The notes beneath the pieces were generated by a model. It had not been told where the DNA came from and ran no database searches. It worked only from the letters and a program-made list of their open reading frames with translations. Below are positions 9,691 through 20,308 of a stretch of DNA of 64,000 bases, in pieces. The first letter of the stretch is position 1; the number at the start of each line of letters is the position of its first letter. A program made the position numbers and the translations under genes. Origin of the DNA: Planctomycetota bacterium (GTDB lineage Bacteria; Planctomycetota; GCA-002687715; CAIWVZ01); the NCBI GenBank assembly GCA_044222185.1, contig JBGANV010000002.1, forward strand, positions 736,001 through 800,000, given 5' to 3'.

Positions 9691-10648
9691 ATGCGTCGCG
9701 GCAGGCTCATTCACCGTGGGTACGTCATCGTCACGGTCGCTGCCGTGCTCGGAATCGGGGTTTCTCTGCTCGTGAATTCGAGGCAACCCGTCGCGCCATC
9801 GCGGTCTCACGTTCCCAGCTCTGCGAAGAGCGCGAGCGACGACGCCCAGGTTTCCGTACGGATACAGCCTCCTGTTCGGACATCGACCTTCGAAGGGGCA
9901 CCGTCAGGGGCGATCGCAGACCTCGCGCTGTCTGCACCGCATCCCAACGGAATCCGCATCCGCGTCGTATCGGGCGCGACGATGTATTCGCGCGCATGAC
10001 CGATGCGTCGTGCGTCGCCACGAGATCGTCGTTGCCGGACGTGTCGTCGATGCCGCAGGGCGGCCGGTTCCTGGGATTCGTTTGTGGGAGAACGTCGCGC
10101 GGCAGACCTCCGATCCCGCGGACGCGAGCACGTTCGTCCTGACGGGAGCGACGACCGAAACGGATGCCAACGGCGAGTTCCGAATCTGCCGCCGAGCGAC
10201 AGCCCAGCAGCGAGCAACTGGGTGGTTCGCGCTCACCTGGGCGGGAGCCGGTTTCACGCACGCGCAGCCCCGTTCGTTCGTGCACGGGCAGCGCGACGTC
10301 ACGATCACGCTGGAAGAAATGGCCACCTTCTCGGGTCGGGTGGCGTTCCCTCGTGGTGTCCGAGCGCGCGACGTCACGCTCGAGCTCTTCTACTCGACGC
10401 CGCGTCAGGACGATCGGCGCCCCGCAGCGATCGGCGTTCCACTGGACGACGATGGCCATTTCGCCGTCGAACGACTCGCGCCGACGACGGCATCGCTCGT
10501 TGCCGTCGTGACCGGTACCGACGGCGAGGCGTACCGGACCATCGACGGAATTCGGCTCGTAGCCGGAGGTTCGACGTCGGATTCGCGCCTCTCGCCTTTG
10601 ACGCTCAGCGAGCGTCGGGCGGAATCCGGACCGAGTCGCGAGCGGTGA
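9691..10648 (+). pseudogene. Split, internally deleted paralogue of the upstream carboxypeptidase-regulatory-like protein
   Basis: N-terminal TM fragment 9691-9999 in one frame. The 10010-10648 fragment in another frame aligns by eye with the last ~200 aa of 7470-9551 (GRVVDAAGRPVPGI, TDANGEF, DDDGHFAVERLAPT). Confidence 0.6.
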
Positions 10649-10813
10649 GTGGCCGGCCCGCCGGCGCAGATTCCAAACCGGGAGAGCAGCTTTGAATCTC
10701 GAGCCTGAGACGACTCCGGAACACCCATTCCGGTAATCTTGCGCGCTCTCGCGACACCATGCGGTCAACGGAATTCCGCGGTGCGCGGTCTTGAGTCAGT
10801 GGAGGCTCGTCGA

Positions 10814-12586
10814 ATGTCGGCAGGGATGAAACTCGTCGTGGCCGTGGTGTGGGCCATCGTCGGTGTGCGAGAGCTCGCGGCTCAGGCCCAGGGCGGAATC
10901 GGCGGCGTCATCCTGCCGCCGCCGGAAGTGGGGAACTGCATCTCCGACGCCGACCAGCTGCGCGTCCAGGCTCAGCTGATGAACGTGTCGGCCGGCCCCG
11001 ACACCGCACCCGGGACGTTCATCACCTACCCGCAGGCAGGGTCGCTCGGCGAGGACCTCTTCATCGGCGCCTACCTCGACCACGACCCGAGCCCGGGCGT
11101 GCTCGACTGGCACTGCACGGATTACACCTACGACACGCACCTGGGCGCCGACTCGGAGATCCGCAGCTTCGGCGAGCAGCTGATCGGCGTGCCCATCTTC
11201 GCGGCGGCCGACGGCACGGTCGTCGGCACGGACGACGGCCATCCCGACATGAACACCGTGTGGGCCGGCCAGCCCTCCAACTACGTCATCGTCGACCACG
11301 GCGGCGGACGCCTGGGCTACTACTGGCACATGCGCAACGGCAGCGTGGCCGTGTCCATGGGGCAGGTCGTGAAGGCCGGCCAGCAACTGGGGGAGACGGG
11401 CTCCAGCGGCAACAGCGGCGGCCCGCACCTCCACTTCGAGGTCCACGACGCGGGCGTTCCCGTGGACCCGTGGGCCGGTGCGTGCCGCCCCGGCGGCTCC
11501 TTGTGGAAGCAGCAGACGCCGTGGACCGGAGGGCCTGTCGGCTTGCGGGACTTCGGCGTCTGCCGCACGAATCCCGGTTCCTCCGGCTACCCCTTCGCGT
11601 CGCCTCACGATCCTCAGTGGGTCACGTCCGACCCATCCATCTTCTTCTGGGGGCTCATCGCGAACCTCCCGGTCAGCTCCACGTACCGCGTGACGTTCAT
11701 CCGCCCGGACAACTCCATCTCGTATGCCACGCCCACGTTCCCCATCGGCAACACGACGGTGTGGCCGCGCGCCTGGGTGTGGTGGAACTGGAACATCTTC
11801 GACATGCACACGATCACGGGCACGTGGACCATCCGCCTCGAACTGAACGGCGTGGTCGTCGTGAATGCACCCGTCTCGGTCGTCAACGCGGTCACGCCCG
11901 GGTTCAACCGCGCGCCGTCGCCCATCACCGCGACGATCCTGCCGGCGGCTCCCACCGCGGCCGATCCGCTGGTCTGCCGCGTCCAGCAGGACCTCCTCCT
12001 CGACGACCTCGACTGGGACATCGTTCGCTTCACCTACACGTGGCGCGTGAACGGGACGATCGTGCGCACGCGGACGTCCGCGGGACGCACCGACATGATC
12101 CCGCACCACCTGGCACCTCCGGGCGCCACGGTCACCTGCACGGTCACGCCCTCCGACGGCGTGGCGAACGGGGCGACCGTCGTCGCGACGACGACGATCC
12201 GCACGCTCGGCGTCTTCCCGCAGCAGGTGTCCGCGGCGACCGGAGGCACGATCTGCTTCACCGTGGACATGGGACCCGCACAGGCCGGAGCGACCTACCT
12301 CTTGGGCGGCTCCTACACCGGGACGTCGCCGGGCATCGTCGCGTCACCGACGGTCACGATCCCGCTCGTGTACGACGGCCTCACGGACTTCCTCGTGTTC
12401 CATCCGAACACCCCGCCGTACGCAGGTACGCTCGGCGTGTTGAGCCCGCAGGGCGCGGCCGCCCCGACGCTGAGCCTGCCGCCGCTGCCGCCCGCATACG
12501 TCGGTCTCACGATCCACCACGCGGCGTTCATCGCCGGGGCGCCATGGGCGGCCACGAACGCCGCGTCGTTCGTGACGGCGCCCTGA
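10814..12586 (+). CDS. Secreted M23-family metallopeptidase with Ig-like domains and shared C-terminal domain
   Basis: GGAGG at 10801. Signal peptide ending LAA|Q. HxxxD (HLGAD), YWHM and HxH (GNSGGPHLHFEV) M23 motifs. Confidence 0.88.
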   Translation: MSAGMKLVVAVVWAIVGVRELAAQAQGGIGGVILPPPEVGNCISDADQLRVQAQLMNVSAGPDTAPGTFITYPQAGSLGEDLFIGAYLDHDPSPGVLDWHCTDYTYDTHLGADSEIRSFGEQLIGVPIFAAADGTVVGTDDGHPDMNTVWAGQPSNYVIVDHGGGRLGYYWHMRNGSVAVSMGQVVKAGQQLGETGSSGNSGGPHLHFEVHDAGVPVDPWAGACRPGGSLWKQQTPWTGGPVGLRDFGVCRTNPGSSGYPFASPHDPQWVTSDPSIFFWGLIANLPVSSTYRVTFIRPDNSISYATPTFPIGNTTVWPRAWVWWNWNIFDMHTITGTWTIRLELNGVVVVNAPVSVVNAVTPGFNRAPSPITATILPAAPTAADPLVCRVQQDLLLDDLDWDIVRFTYTWRVNGTIVRTRTSAGRTDMIPHHLAPPGATVTCTVTPSDGVANGATVVATTTIRTLGVFPQQVSAATGGTICFTVDMGPAQAGATYLLGGSYTGTSPGIVASPTVTIPLVYDGLTDFLVFHPNTPPYAGTLGVLSPQGAAAPTLSLPPLPPAYVGLTIHHAAFIAGAPWAATNAASFVTAP

Positions 12587-12596
12587 TCGCCTCCCG

Positions 12597-15212
12597 TCAG
12601 CGTCGTTCGAGGAAGTCGAGGAGCTTCGCCTGCGCGTTCCGGTTCTTGTCCTGGAACGCACCGCGGATCGCGTCCTTTTCCCGCGTCGTGAGGTGCCAGG
12701 AGAGCGGGGGAGTCTGCGTGAGTCCCTCGGGGACGAACCGGAAGAACTCGATCTGGCCCTTCAGGTGACGTGCCACGAGGTCGCGCTCGATTTCCGCGCG
12801 CACGAGCTGCGTCCGCCGCCAGGTGGCGAGGAGGAGATCCAACGGCCCGAGGAGCGCATTCCGCCAGGCATCGACCTGCCCGGCGTCCGCCGTGGTCGGA
12901 GGTGCATCCGGAAACGATTGGATCTGCACGACGGCGATTCGCGGCGGCTCGGCGACGTCGAGCGTCCGCAGAAGCCAGTCCAGGACGGTCGCTACCCCGT
13001 AGTTGTCGAAGTAGCCACCGTCGCCGACGTAATAGCCGGGCGCGATCGGATCGACGCGGCCCTCCTCGACGCGCGCGGCGCGCGACAGCGGCGAGACGTA
13101 GGGGAACGATGCCGACAGCCGCGCCGCCGTGACGATGGCGATGTCGCTCGCGCGCCCGAACACGCGGAAGAAGTTCGGTGCGCGGCCCAGATCCGACTCG
13201 CTGCTCGTCAAGTCGATCGTCGAGAGCATCAGCCTCTGACCCTTGAGCTCGAGTTCGTGGACCCCGCCCAGCGTGGCGTTGAACACGACGGGCGGTATGC
13301 GGCCGGACTTCGTCTCGGTCACCCAGTCGCCCAGCGTGGCATCCAGCGGAGGATCCACGCCGTCGCCGTCGCCGGTGAACTGTCGCTGCCACGACCGTTC
13401 CAGGGCGATGCCGCGGTCCATCTGCAGATCGACGAGCCAACGCAGCGGCATGGCGGGTCGGCGGATGTCCTTGAACACCGTCGCCCATCCCACGGCATTC
13501 AGGCTCGAGCGCATGGCGACTTCGCGCACGCGTTTGCGCGCCGCGGGAGTCAGCGATGACGAATCACGCCCGCGCCTGCGCAGCGCTTCCACGTAATACA
13601 TCGCCCCGACGCTCCCACCGGACACGGAGCTCAACAGTGCGAGCCGCGGAGCGAATCTGGGAATCGCATCGAGTTCGGTGAGGACCTCTGCGGTCCATCC
13701 CGCCGCCTGGATTCCTCCACCGGCCGTGCACACGACGACGACCGTCGGTTGTCTCGAGATCCCTTCGTCTTTCGCGCGCGCGGCGAGCGTGGTTGCGACC
13801 GTGGGTAGTTCGATGGCCTCGCGTCGAGCCTCGCTCGTCAGGAAGAAGTAATGCGTCGAGTGGCTCGAGATTCCGGACACGAGCGTCCACAGGAGGACGG
13901 CAAGCAGCAGGGGAAACCGCGCACGATCGAGGAAGAAAGACAGCCCCGAGAGTGTCGCGATCACGAGAGTCGCGAGGAACAACACCGCGGCGAGGGTAGG
14001 GAAGGAGTCCACTCCCGCACCGTCAGGAACCAGGAAGTTGCCGGCGATGAACGCGGCACCGAGCACGGACCAGGCCGCGGCGGCGCCTCGGTGCCCTGGA
14101 AGGAGCCCGCCCTCGGGACTCCAGTACCCGGCCCAGATCCAGGCGAGCGGTCGCGGACTCTGCGGGGCCTGGGGCGGCGCTTCCGGCGCCGGAGCCTCGT
14201 CCGCAGCGCGGCCCAGCACGGCGCGCTGAACCGAGATGACCAGCCCGATGGAGACGACTACCCCGAGCGACGTGATCACCGGCGCGAATCCGTCGAAGGT
14301 CGGTCCGTCGACGTGCATCATCCCCACGAAGGGGACGGAGAGTGCGACGGCGACCACGAATTGCACCAGGTCCTGCGATCGGCGCGGCCGGATCTCGTGA
14401 AGAGACGGCCAGGGCAACCGTGGGACCGAGAACCGGCTTGGCGCGTACCGCGCCGTGAGCAACGCGTTCGAGACGCACGTGATCGCCGCGAGTCCCAGCG
14501 CGAGGCCGCAGACGAAGAGATGCGCCCGGGACGGTAGCGCCATGACGCCGGCGGAGATCGCGGCGCCTCCCATCACCGCGGGAATGAGCACGAGGAAGAG
14601 CGCCCCGCTCGAAGGCACGCGGACGACCGCCGTCCACGCGAGCGCGTCGCCGAGCGAGTCCGCGACTGGGCGCCATTCGCGACGGAGCCATCGGGCTGCG
14701 GGGACGACCATGGTGATCGCGACCCACGCGAGCAGGAGCGCGAACTTGAGCGAAGCGGTGACTCCGACGATCGGCGGCACGAAACCGGGCGGCGGTGAGT
14801 CGCTCGTCGCGATCCAGAGCGCCACGTCCTCGACGACGTCGCAACCGGCGGCCAGGAGGATCAGCCGCGAAAGCGCGTTCACCGTCACGGGTCGCCAGCC
14901 GGAGCGTTCACCGCGTCGGCGCGTCACCCACAGCAGGCAGGTGGCGTATAGCGCGATGAATGGCAGGTCGTAGGCGAGGCTGCTCCGAACGAGGCGTGCC
15001 GTGGCGCCACGCACGTCCTGCGTGCGGTCGGCCTTCGGATCGAGCCGCGCCTCGAGCGCACCTGTCGAGAAGACGAATTCGAAATCGACGATGCTCCTGG
15101 CATCGCCGCCGTGGCGGCCGCAGTGACGGGCGATCTCGCCGTCGATGCAGCGCATCCACGCAGCGAGGCACAACAGGCCGACGCCGCAAACCAGCACCCG
15201 CCGTGACGTCAT
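12597..15212 (-). CDS. Polytopic membrane protein with C-terminal patatin/cPLA2-like phospholipase domain
   Basis: Many hydrophobic segments in the N-terminal half. AGGGIQAA oxyanion motif, SVSGGS nucleophile, SASFPYVSP and DGGYFDN catalytic Asp motif. Confidence 0.8.
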   Translation of the reverse strand: MTSRRVLVCGVGLLCLAAWMRCIDGEIARHCGRHGGDARSIVDFEFVFSTGALEARLDPKADRTQDVRGATARLVRSSLAYDLPFIALYATCLLWVTRRRGERSGWRPVTVNALSRLILLAAGCDVVEDVALWIATSDSPPPGFVPPIVGVTASLKFALLLAWVAITMVVPAARWLRREWRPVADSLGDALAWTAVVRVPSSGALFLVLIPAVMGGAAISAGVMALPSRAHLFVCGLALGLAAITCVSNALLTARYAPSRFSVPRLPWPSLHEIRPRRSQDLVQFVVAVALSVPFVGMMHVDGPTFDGFAPVITSLGVVVSIGLVISVQRAVLGRAADEAPAPEAPPQAPQSPRPLAWIWAGYWSPEGGLLPGHRGAAAAWSVLGAAFIAGNFLVPDGAGVDSFPTLAAVLFLATLVIATLSGLSFFLDRARFPLLLAVLLWTLVSGISSHSTHYFFLTSEARREAIELPTVATTLAARAKDEGISRQPTVVVVCTAGGGIQAAGWTAEVLTELDAIPRFAPRLALLSSVSGGSVGAMYYVEALRRRGRDSSSLTPAARKRVREVAMRSSLNAVGWATVFKDIRRPAMPLRWLVDLQMDRGIALERSWQRQFTGDGDGVDPPLDATLGDWVTETKSGRIPPVVFNATLGGVHELELKGQRLMLSTIDLTSSESDLGRAPNFFRVFGRASDIAIVTAARLSASFPYVSPLSRAARVEEGRVDPIAPGYYVGDGGYFDNYGVATVLDWLLRTLDVAEPPRIAVVQIQSFPDAPPTTADAGQVDAWRNALLGPLDLLLATWRRTQLVRAEIERDLVARHLKGQIEFFRFVPEGLTQTPPLSWHLTTREKDAIRGAFQDKNRNAQAKLLDFLERR

Positions 15213-15260
15213 GCGAAGGTCCCCCACCGTGACGCGCCCGCTGCCGTGCGATTCCTGCGC

Positions 15261-16211
15261 TCAACGCCCTTTCATCCGCACCAGTTCGGCCTCTGCCGCG
15301 ATGTGCCCGAACGCAGGCCAGTTCTCGCTGGACACGATCTCCTCGAAGATCTCACGCGCGCCATCGCGATCGCCGCCGAGCAACTTCCAGATTCCGACGC
15401 CGTAGGCGAGGGTCGCGAACGCGTTGGCGTCAGCGGAAGCCCGCGCCCCTGCCAGGACGGCGTTCGGTGATTCCTCGCCGCGAAACATCAGGAGGAGGCG
15501 CTGGTAGGCGTGATTCTCGACGAGCTGCATGTCCCGACTGATCGGCGGGAGCAGCGCGCCCGCATCGACGGCATGATTCGCACGTCGCAGCGCCAGGTAG
15601 AGCCAGTAGCTCTCCGAGCACCAGCGATCGTCGTTCGTCGCCGACTCCAATGCCTCGCGAAACACGACGGCCGCACGCTCGAACTCTCCACGCAAGTAGT
15701 AGGCGAGTCCCAGGTGATAGCGGATGTTCGATTGCAACGTCCCGATTGGAACGTTCGACGCGTTGGGCAGCCCGTCGGGTTCGACTTCGTCCGGCGTTCC
15801 GGCGACCAGCCCCCGCGCCTTCTCCAGGTCGACGATGGCGTCGCTGAACCGTCGCACGGTGATGTAGCGATGACCCCGGTGCCGCAGCAGCGCGGCCGAG
15901 TCGGGATGCCTGCCGAGCGTCTTCGTGTAGACGGCGATGGCCTCCTGGAAACGGCCGACGTATGCGAGGCGGCGTCCGACCCAGATCTGCGCTTCGACGT
16001 CGTCAGGTCGACTCGCGGCGCGCGACTCGGCGGCTTCGTACTGCTCGAGACGGCGCGTGTGCACGCCGGGGTCGAGGGGCGGCGCCACGAGCTCATCCCC
16101 GAGCAGCGATCTGGCCTGTACGCGCGGGCGATCCTCGGCCGAGCGGCAACCCGCCACGATCAGTACGAGCAGCACGCCGACCACACGGTTCCCGCACGTT
16201 CGCATTCCCAT
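15261..16211 (-). CDS. TPR-repeat lipoprotein
   Basis: Lipobox LIVAG|C. TPR-like helices (RRLAYVGRFQEAIAVY, YHLGLAYYLRGEFERA). Confidence 0.8.
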   Translation of the reverse strand: MGMRTCGNRVVGVLLVLIVAGCRSAEDRPRVQARSLLGDELVAPPLDPGVHTRRLEQYEAAESRAASRPDDVEAQIWVGRRLAYVGRFQEAIAVYTKTLGRHPDSAALLRHRGHRYITVRRFSDAIVDLEKARGLVAGTPDEVEPDGLPNASNVPIGTLQSNIRYHLGLAYYLRGEFERAAVVFREALESATNDDRWCSESYWLYLALRRANHAVDAGALLPPISRDMQLVENHAYQRLLLMFRGEESPNAVLAGARASADANAFATLAYGVGIWKLLGGDRDGAREIFEEIVSSENWPAFGHIAAEAELVRMKGR

Positions 16212-16291
16212 CGCGATCTCCGGCGCCCAGTGTGCGGCGGGGAAACGGGGGCGGCAAGTCGTCCGGGTTCACGGCCGGAGCCGCGGCGCAG

Positions 16292-18052
16292 TCATCGCGT
16301 CTTCGTCACGAGGGACAAATCGCGAGTGAGGCCCTCGAGACGCAGCACGTCTTCACGGTCGTGCGGATTCTCCGAGACGAGCACCTCCGCGACCGCGTGG
16401 GCGCGGCGCAGGAACTCCTCGGCGTGGTCGTACGACTTCGCGGCCATGTGCCCACGGGCGACGACCTCGCAGGCACTCACGAGCAGTCGCGTGAGATCGG
16501 TCTTCACGAGCGCGCCTCGGATCGCGTACTGACAGGCGCTGATCGCGCTCCGGCCGTGTGCGATGGCGAGTTCGGACTGCCCGAGCGCCAGATGGATGCG
16601 GGCCAGGCGGTAATGCGCACCGGCGACGTCGCTCTGCATGGCCGGGTTGCCGCCGTGCTCGTGGATGTACCCGCGATAGAGCGCGGCCGCCGAGTCGAGC
16701 GTGAGCTGGGCCTGGGCGTCGGACTCGGTTCCGGATTCGGTCGATGCGGCGGCCCGTGTGACGAGCCGGTCGAGGACGTCCTGGTTTCGGCGGAGCGTTG
16801 CCTCGGTACGTCGTTGCTCGGCTTCGGCCGACGTGCGCGCGCAGGTCGCCTCCAACGCCTTGAGCTCGGCACCCTTCAGCAGGTGCGTGGTCAAGTGCAG
16901 GGAGATCGTGAGGAAGATGAACAGGAACGACAGCCCCACGGCGACCGCCGGATTGCGGGCTGCCCAGCGACGTCCGCGGACGAGAGGGCCAGCGGGTTGC
17001 GCGAGGATCGCGCGGCCTTCGCGCACGCGCTGGAGCTCGTCGGCGAAGTCCGCCGCCGACTGGTATCGACGCCACGTGTCCTTCTCGAGCGCAGTTGCGA
17101 TGACCAGTGACAGTTCACGCGGCACCGCAGCGTTGACCTTGTGTGCGGCCTGCGGTTCCGTCACTTGAATCGCCTTCACGAGGCCCTCGCGCGTCGGAGC
17201 GTTGAACGGCCGGGCGAGCGTGACGAATTCGTAGAGGGTGACGCCGAGGGACCATACGTCGGTGCGCCGGTCGAGGCGTGACGTCTCGCCGCGGACCTGC
17301 TCCGGCGACATGTACGCCGGAGTGCCGAACATCTCTCCCGTTGCGGTGAGCGTCGCGGCATCCTCGTTCGTGTCGGATGCCAGGCCGAAGTCCAGGATCA
17401 CGGGCTGACCGTCGTTTGCGACGAGGATGTTGCCGGGTTTGATGTCGCGGTGGACGAACCCCGCGTTGTGGGCCACGTGGAGTGCGCGCGCCGCATCTTC
17501 GATCAGGCGGATGGCGTCGTGGATCGACTCGCGCGTGCTCGGGAGCGATGCCGGTCGCCGGCCGCGAGTCGACGGGGCACGCGGCCGTGTCTTGGCCGCG
17601 TGTGACGACCCTTCGCTGAACGCACCGGCATCGGTCAATCGCGATGAGGGCGTGATCGACGAGGGCGTCACTCGGACGGTGTCGTCACCGTCCTTGGCGC
17701 GACGAATCCGCGCAGCAAGCGTCTCGCCCTCCACGTACTTCATGGCGATGTATGGGATGTCACCCACGACGCCGGAGTCGTAGACGGTGCAGATCCCGGG
17801 GTGATCGATGCGCGCCGTCACCTGGGCCTCGCGCTCGAACCGGCCGCGGCAGACGGCGTCCGTGATCGCGCGACGCGAGAGCACCTTCAGCGCGACACGG
17901 CGTTGCTTCACGATGTCGTCGGCGAGGTAGACGACGCCTTGCCCGCCGCGACCCAGTTCGCGGATGACGTAGTACCGATCGGCCCACAGCGGGATGGACG
18001 TCGGAACCTCGCTCGCAACGTCGTGGCTGGATTTGGAGAGAATCTCTGGCAC
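16292..18052 (-). CDS. Hanks-type Ser/Thr protein kinase with TM helix and short TPR-like tail
   Basis: LGRGGQGVVY, VALK, HRDIKPGN, DFGLA, GTPAYMSPEQ, DVWSLG. Start uncertain (GTG 18052 chosen). Confidence 0.88.
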   Translation of the reverse strand: MPEILSKSSHDVASEVPTSIPLWADRYYVIRELGRGGQGVVYLADDIVKQRRVALKVLSRRAITDAVCRGRFEREAQVTARIDHPGICTVYDSGVVGDIPYIAMKYVEGETLAARIRRAKDGDDTVRVTPSSITPSSRLTDAGAFSEGSSHAAKTRPRAPSTRGRRPASLPSTRESIHDAIRLIEDAARALHVAHNAGFVHRDIKPGNILVANDGQPVILDFGLASDTNEDAATLTATGEMFGTPAYMSPEQVRGETSRLDRRTDVWSLGVTLYEFVTLARPFNAPTREGLVKAIQVTEPQAAHKVNAAVPRELSLVIATALEKDTWRRYQSAADFADELQRVREGRAILAQPAGPLVRGRRWAARNPAVAVGLSFLFIFLTISLHLTTHLLKGAELKALEATCARTSAEAEQRRTEATLRRNQDVLDRLVTRAAASTESGTESDAQAQLTLDSAAALYRGYIHEHGGNPAMQSDVAGAHYRLARIHLALGQSELAIAHGRSAISACQYAIRGALVKTDLTRLLVSACEVVARGHMAAKSYDHAEEFLRRAHAVAEVLVSENPHDREDVLRLEGLTRDLSLVTKTR

Positions 18053-18293
18053 GGAGAAAGCCGCCTGGACACGGGCGCACGGGGCGTGGGTTTCGAAGTC
18101 CCACACGCAGGTACGCGGACGCCTGACGCTGGTCTCTTTCGTCGCTTTCCGTGAATCGCTTGAGTCTCGAAAGAAAGGCCGAACTGTGCCGCCCCGGCCC
18201 GGATTCGCCCGCTGCGCGCCTGGGAAAATGCGCGGGTTCGGGACGGATGTGGGCTTGCTTCCGAACACGCGTCCGCCGATGCTGGCGCCCCTC

Positions 18294-19664
18294 ATGGATC
18301 AGATGAACGACCAAGGCCGCCCGGCGGGACACGATGAAGTGACGCGCGTGCTCGGCTTCAAGGACGTCGCGAGCATCGTGATCTCGGCGATCATCGGCGT
18401 CGGCGTGTTCTTCACGCCGGCGAAGGTTGCGGACCGTGCGCATGACGGCGGCTGGGCGATCCTCGCATGGCTCGTCGGCGCCGGCATGGCGATCCTGGGA
18501 GGCCTCACGTTCGCCGAACTGGGCACGTCGATGCCGAGCACCGGTGGGCAGTTCGTCGTCCTTTCGAGGGCGTTCGGGCGCAACATCGGCTTCGTCTACG
18601 TGGCGACGGTCTCGAGCACGGTCGTCGCTGGAGCGCTGGGGATCCTTGCGATCGTGGCGGCCGAGCTCATCCTCGGCAGTGCGGGGGTGACGGTGACGGG
18701 TGCGAACCTCACGGGGCTCGCGCTCGTCCTCCTCGGCGTGATCTTCGCGATCAACATGGCAGGCGTGCGCGTGAGTGCGGGGTTCCTGCGGTGCAACGCG
18801 GGATTGAAGCTCGCCATGCTCGTCGGATTGATCGGGATCGGGCTCTTCAGCGGGCGACCGATGGCGCCGGCGGCGTTCAGCCTGGAACACGCACCCGGGT
18901 TCGGCGGATTCTGCTACGCGACGGTTCCCGTCCTATTCGCCTATGGCGGTTGGGAGCAGGCGCTGTGGACGGGAGGGGAGGTCCGGCGCCCCGAGCGGAA
19001 CGTCGTCCTCGGCATCTTCACGGGCGTGGCCGTCGTCGTCGTCGTGTACCTCGGACTGAACACGTCGTTGCTCTATCTCTTGGGACCCGGCGGCGTATCC
19101 CAGGACAACCGGGTGACCGCGCGGGCCGTCGAGCTCGTCGTCCCGTCACTCGCGCGCTGGGTATCGCTTGCCGTCGCGGCGTCCGCGCTGGGTACGGTGC
19201 ACGCCATCATGATGACCGCTCCGAGGCAGATCGCCGCGCTCGCGACCGAAGGGCTCGCCCCCGCGGCACTCGGTCGGTTCTCACCGCGCACCGGCACGCC
19301 CGGCGCGGCGACGACCGTGGTGTTTCTCATCGCCGTGGCATTGGTCGTCGGTGCGGGCAAGGACGGCGTCGACCGCCTCCTCGATGCGGTCGGTTGCGTC
19401 AACTGGCTCTTCTTCGGAATGACCGGGCTCGCGGTGGTGATCCTCCGCAAGCGTCTTCCGAACCTGAGCCGACCCTATCGCGTGCCGGGTTATCCGGTGA
19501 CGCCGATCGTCTTTGCGTCGCTCGCGTTCGTGGCCGCTGCGAGCCCGTTCTTCGAACCCGCGGGACGCACGCCGGCAGCCCTCGCTCTCGGGCTCGTTCT
19601 CACGCTGGCGCTCCTGGCCCGTTTGTTGATAAAGACTCCTGCTGTTTCCGACGTGCGTTCCTGA
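18294..19664 (+). CDS. APC-superfamily amino acid permease
   Basis: IIGVGVFFTP, FAELGT, LFAYGGWE, GEVRRPERN and RPYRVPGYP motifs. About 12 TM segments. Confidence 0.92.
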   Translation: MDQMNDQGRPAGHDEVTRVLGFKDVASIVISAIIGVGVFFTPAKVADRAHDGGWAILAWLVGAGMAILGGLTFAELGTSMPSTGGQFVVLSRAFGRNIGFVYVATVSSTVVAGALGILAIVAAELILGSAGVTVTGANLTGLALVLLGVIFAINMAGVRVSAGFLRCNAGLKLAMLVGLIGIGLFSGRPMAPAAFSLEHAPGFGGFCYATVPVLFAYGGWEQALWTGGEVRRPERNVVLGIFTGVAVVVVVYLGLNTSLLYLLGPGGVSQDNRVTARAVELVVPSLARWVSLAVAASALGTVHAIMMTAPRQIAALATEGLAPAALGRFSPRTGTPGAATTVVFLIAVALVVGAGKDGVDRLLDAVGCVNWLFFGMTGLAVVILRKRLPNLSRPYRVPGYPVTPIVFASLAFVAAASPFFEPAGRTPAALALGLVLTLALLARLLIKTPAVSDVRS

Positions 19665-19679
19665 CCAAGGTCGATTCCG

Positions 19680-20015
19680 ATGGTGCACGAGTCGATACAC
19701 GATGGCGGCAACCCGATGACGTCTCCGACGACGGAGGCGGAAGTCGGGACGTACACGTCGGTCGCGCCGAACTGGAAGGTCATCTACCACAACGATGACT
19801 ACACGACGTTCGAGTTCGTGACGCAGACTCTCATCCGTTTCTTTCACTACGACCTGGGGCGGGCGGTCGACCTGACGAACGAGGTTCACTTCACCGGCGC
19901 CGCCGTCGTCGCCGTGCTCCCCTTCGAGGATGCCGAGTTCAAACGCGACCAGGTGATCAGCGTCGCCCGCGGCGCCGGTTTCCCGCTCAGCGTGACGATC
20001 GAGCCGGACGCGTAG
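19680..20015 (+). CDS. clpS: ATP-dependent Clp protease adaptor ClpS
   Basis: KVIYHNDDYTTFEFV, EVHFTGAAVV and FPLSVTIEP are typical ClpS motifs. Alternative start ATG 19716. Confidence 0.92.
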   Translation: MVHESIHDGGNPMTSPTTEAEVGTYTSVAPNWKVIYHNDDYTTFEFVTQTLIRFFHYDLGRAVDLTNEVHFTGAAVVAVLPFEDAEFKRDQVISVARGAGFPLSVTIEPDA

Positions 20016-20178
20016 GCGGGTCCGTGCGAGGCCGCGCTCGCGGAGGCCCTGCACATCGGCGTCGGCGTGCCGACGCACGACGCCCGCGCCGAGGCTCGCG
20101 TTCACCCGTGCCCAGGTCCGGCACGCCGCCCCCGGGTCCGCGCGGCGTCCGGGTCCACGCGACCGCACGCAGCCGCCC

Positions 20179-20226
20179 AAAAAAAAACCGCGCCGCCGAG
20201 GCGCAGGCGCACCTCGGCGGTCGCGG
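20179..20226 (-). terminator. Rho-independent terminator of the 20309-23194 gene
   Basis: On the minus strand a GC-rich hairpin (CCGCGaCCGCCGAGG...CCTCGGCGGCGCGG) is followed by T9, about 80 bp downstream of the stop codon. Confidence 0.75.
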
Positions 20227-20308
20227 CTCCGAACTCGGGCACCCATGGCGCTCGAATTCGTGGGTCAGGATTGGACTCGAAAACTCCCTCCAATCTCCTG
20301 ATCCCTGT

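Noticed and set aside
10650-10720. tRNA-like words (TTCCAAACCGG, TTTGAATCTC)
   Set aside because: No cloverleaf, acceptor stem or canonical T-loop can be built.
19680-20015. clpS without adjacent clpA
   Set aside because: Unlinked clpS is common outside Proteobacteria and is not notable.
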